64,000 nt of DNA from Tricharina praecox (lineage: Eukaryota), in contig NW_026250425.1 of NCBI RefSeq assembly GCF_024521635.1, positions 434,001 to 498,000 of the forward strand, in the 5' to 3' direction. Position numbers and translations under genes: made by a program. Numbering within the stretch: the stretch's first letter is position 1; the number at the start of each line of letters is the position of its first letter. A model generated the notes under the pieces. The model was not told the DNA's origin. It saw only the letters and a list, made by a program, of their open reading frames with translations, and ran no database searches. Below, one piece after another: positions 60,470 to 64,000 of this stretch.

Positions 60470-63400
60470 TTATAAATCCGGTATGTTGAGTGACGACCCG
60501 GATGGCTCAGTGCCGGTGGGGAGATTCAGCTGTATGTACGACTTGCGGGAATTGCTCGATCGTGTAGCAGTGGTGGGCGATACAGCGGCAGATGAGGATG
60601 TCGAGGCGGATGAAGAAGTACAGATATCCTCCAATGCCAGACGCTCCGAATCCTCGGCGTCAGCAGCGGCAACAGCGGCAGCGGCAGCGGCAGAACCGCT
60701 TATTTTCACCCCAAGTCGTGCCTCAAGGTGGTCAAGGAGATCGCAGAGGGGCGCAGAGGTCGGCTTGGCCAACGGATTCGAGGATTCGGGGACCAACAAC
60801 CTCCGGATGTACAGGACGCTCATGCAATTCTCTATCCTCGTGACGATTTGCTCAAACACCGGCATCATGATCTGGTCCGTCAAGAGTTCCGGAGTGACCT
60901 CACGTAGCTTCGCGATCATATCAGTGGGATGCACCCTATGCCCCGGAATCTCCGCTGTGAGGGAGGAACACAACATCTCGAGTCGAATCGAGAGTTCCCA
61001 CAACTTCCACAGCTCCTCAGGATTCACACTAAGTTTCGGCTGAGAAACCGCCTTCTGCGCGCTCTTCGACTCGAGCCGGCCCGCAAGTTGAGCCGGGTAC
61101 ATGAGACAGACAAATTCCGGATTTTCGAGGCCTTTGAGTTTCCGTTCACCAAGCTCTTTGATCTGGAATCCCTTGTTGCTCAGGTCTCTAAGATCCTTGA
61201 TGACCGAACGTGCCAGCTCCGCATCGCCAAAGATCTCTTCGGCGGCCTGAGTGGTCTGTTCCCCTCGTTGCTGGTAGGCCGAATAGCAACTGACGCATCT
61301 GTTGATCTCTGCAACAAAGTCCGAACTGACGGTGATCTCACCTCCATCCGCCACGGAACTGATACGGGAGGCGCGGTTGACCATGGGACCAAAGTAATCC
61401 ATGCGTCCGGTAATTGGGTCGGGTTCGCACACGGGAGCACCCCAATGAATACCCATCCTTACCGACAGGCCTTTGTAAATGACCCTGCCTTCGGAATCCT
61501 GTATCTCGCGTCCATTCTCCGAGTCGAGAATCTCGTCCGGCCACTCCTGATCGAGCAAGTCTCTCTGAACGTTGAAGCACCACAGCAGCGCGGCTGTAGC
61601 CGTCGGAAAACTGACCATGAATGCATCACCTTCTGTCTTGACTTCGTATCCGCCAACTTGTCGTAGCTGGCGTCGCATGACCGCGTTGTGAATCCTGATA
61701 CCGGATCGCATGGCAACAGAATGATTTTCCCACATGACCGTCGAGTTCTTGATATCCGTAAAGACCATGGCAAGGTCGCCGTCTGGCGCTCTGACCTCGT
61801 CGCCGAGTCGACTGAGCTATACCTGGTGTTAGCGACATTCAACGAGTAGGTAAACCGGAATATATATCCTACCGAATTGTCTGTTTCCTTCCCGCGCTTG
61901 CGCGTAACCCTGATGGTTGGGAAATCATCGTCCGTGAAACCGGGACCCACCGACAGATGCGCCTTCGGATTCCGCTTGGGCTTCTTCATGTCGCCAATGC
62001 CCAGGACCATCACCATAATCTTGTTGGTAGCACCGTACGCGATGGCGATGTCTCTGAGTTTGTGGGCTGCTCGCATGAGATCGGCCTTTTCTTTCCTCGC
62101 GATGTCGACTGCGGTTTGCACCGAAAGATATTCCCACAGCTCCTTGCTGGCAAGGATCAGCATCTCCTCGTGGCCCTCCAATGGCATCTCCTGAATGTCG
62201 GGAGCCGCATTGACAGCTGGCATCAGATGAAAGTACCCAAAGGCACGGGAAGTATCCAAAACATCATTCAGTTTTCCCGTTCGTGACACCCAGCCACCAG
62301 CCTCTCGGATACGTTCCAGTTCCGTGGCATTCCCCGAATCATGCTTCTTGGTAAGAACATGGTGCGAGCTATCCGTCCGGGTCAGTACCGCTGTGGCATC
62401 ACCCACGTTTGCCACGTAGAGCTTGTTGCTGGCATTGTAGATGACAGTGGCCACCCCTCCGGAATTCAAGTCGATGGGTCCGAGCATCGCTCCACCACCA
62501 GTAGAAGGATGTCTGGTTGCACCCTTGTCATCGAGAGGCTGCATGGCCGTTGAGGCTAGCTCCTTGTTGAGGTTCAGGAATGTTCTGCGCAGTGCGGTCG
62601 CCGGTGTCTCGTCGCCCTTGAGTTTGTTGAGTTCCTCCTTGAAGAAGAACTCCAGTGACTCGTGTAGGAACTTGGAGATCTTGCTACCTCCTGTCGACAA
62701 TGCTTGTCCGTCGAAAAGTCCAACCAGCCACTCATCCCGAGAAGTCCGGAAATCGGGCACCACCATATCGATGAGCGACAGGTGCTCGCTCCGTCCGAGA
62801 GAATCAGCCATGCCGTAGGACATCGATCTTATCATGGACCCTGACAGTCGCACTCTGCGGTCTTCCGTTTGATCGGGCGTGTTGCTCATGAGGGTGACAT
62901 CCATGAGACCCAGGACGCGAAGCTTCGTCATCTGACTGAAATCCGTAATACTCTTCTCACGCGAAGCTCCCATCTCGCCCCTACTAGGTTTTATTTCCAG
63001 TCGCTTGTTTCCAGACAGGTTGAGGTACTTGAGATCCAAGTTCCAGTTCCTGCGAACCAGTGTTAACAAAGCCTCCAAAAAAACTCAAGAAGGAAAGAAA
63101 GGCGGTTGCATACCAATTCCAATCGTACGGCCAATTGGAGATGTTGTACTTGAGCGCGTTGTTTCCAACATCCAACACCAGCAGCTTGCGTATCTTCCCG
63201 AGCTCCGCGGGCAGTGTTTGGAACTTGTTCCCGTTCAAGTGCAGGACTTTGAGATAAGGAATATGCTCCAGGTCTTCCGCCGGCAAGCTCGTCATCTCGT
63301 TGCCAGAAAGGTACAATTCACTGAGCAATGGCATCCTGCTCAAGGCACGGGGCGGGATGTCGTACAGATCGTTGTACGAAAGGTTGAGAACCCGAAGTTC

Positions 63401-64000
63401 GCCGAGCAATGACAATTCCTCAAAGCACTCATCTCCGAGGATGTTGTCTGCCAGATAGAGGTACTTCAAGCTATACACGAAGGTATTGGCCAGCTTGCCC
63501 GACGACGAAGAGTCCTTCCTGGAGGCAACCGTCGGGGCGATCGTCATCGTATCGGAGCTTGCCCTGGAAATGACGGAGGCTTTCCTGCCACTCTGGCCGT
63601 AGATGCTCGGCGAGTTCTTGACTCCATTCGGTGGCGCGGGCAGGTTGGCAGCCGTCAACAAGCCTCCAGACTGCTGTGATGGTCTGCGATCCGCGGTTTC
63701 TGGCCTTTCGAGTGCGTCTGCCGCCGCTTCGTTGGGATTCTCCGGAATACTCTTCTCCTTGACGGTATTCTCACTGAAAGTTGTGCCAAAGGCCGGGCCT
63801 GCGACTGGTTGGGGGAAGGTCTTGATGATGTTGGAAGAAAGATTCAACGTGATCAGACTGGCCATCTGCCAAATCTCTCCGGGAAGCGTCTTGATGTTGT
63901 TGTAATGCAGATCGAGATACTTGAGTTCCGATAGCTGGCCGATCTCCTTCGGTATCGTGGCCAACTCGTTCCTACTGCAGCTCAGATGCTCGAGCTTGCG
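60470..64000 (-). CDS. CYR1: Adenylate cyclase, 3' part (LRR, PP2C-like and class III cyclase domains); 5' end lies outside the window
   Basis: LRRs; YNISNWPYDWNW|NWN; PP2C-like LFDG, LYVANVGD; VFTDIKNST, YEVKTEGDAFMV, GLSVRMGIHWG, MDYFGPMVNRASRI; introns 63113-63050 and 61872-61817. Confidence 0.97.

Overview
Eukaryotic, intron-containing DNA from a filamentous ascomycete: short 50-110 nt GT-AG introns with CTRAC/CTAAC branch sites. A Pezizomycete origin is my guess, not shown. I can support 17 protein-coding genes. In order: a TM/coiled-coil-HET fusion, a CYP52-clan P450, NAB2, THOC7/MFT1-like, Elongin A, GH32 invertase, APN1, SUA5, RAD21, PMR1, GH31 alpha-glucosidase, an orphan with (RAPSV)10, GH20 hexosaminidase, a 3xKH RNA-binding protein, a RED/IK-like protein, an APP1-like phosphatase and the 3' part of adenylate cyclase. 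There is also a ~1 kb 5'-truncated LINE with a 16-bp target-site duplication, a second decayed relic of the same LINE type, and microsatellite-rich spacers. No tRNA, rRNA or CRISPR was recognised. The best leads are: (1) a spliced, possibly membrane-anchored coiled-coil + HET protein with no NLR domain, whose HET domain is lost if its intron is retained; (2) a long AUG-less in-frame extension of SUA5 that looks like a CUG-initiated mitochondrial presequence; (3) a KR-flanked insert in the GH31 enzyme; (4) a CreA/CGG-N8-CGG/CreA module before the invertase; (5) a GC-AG intron in THOC7 and a NAB2-THOC7-ElonginA cluster. All family calls come from motif recognition by eye; no database search was run.
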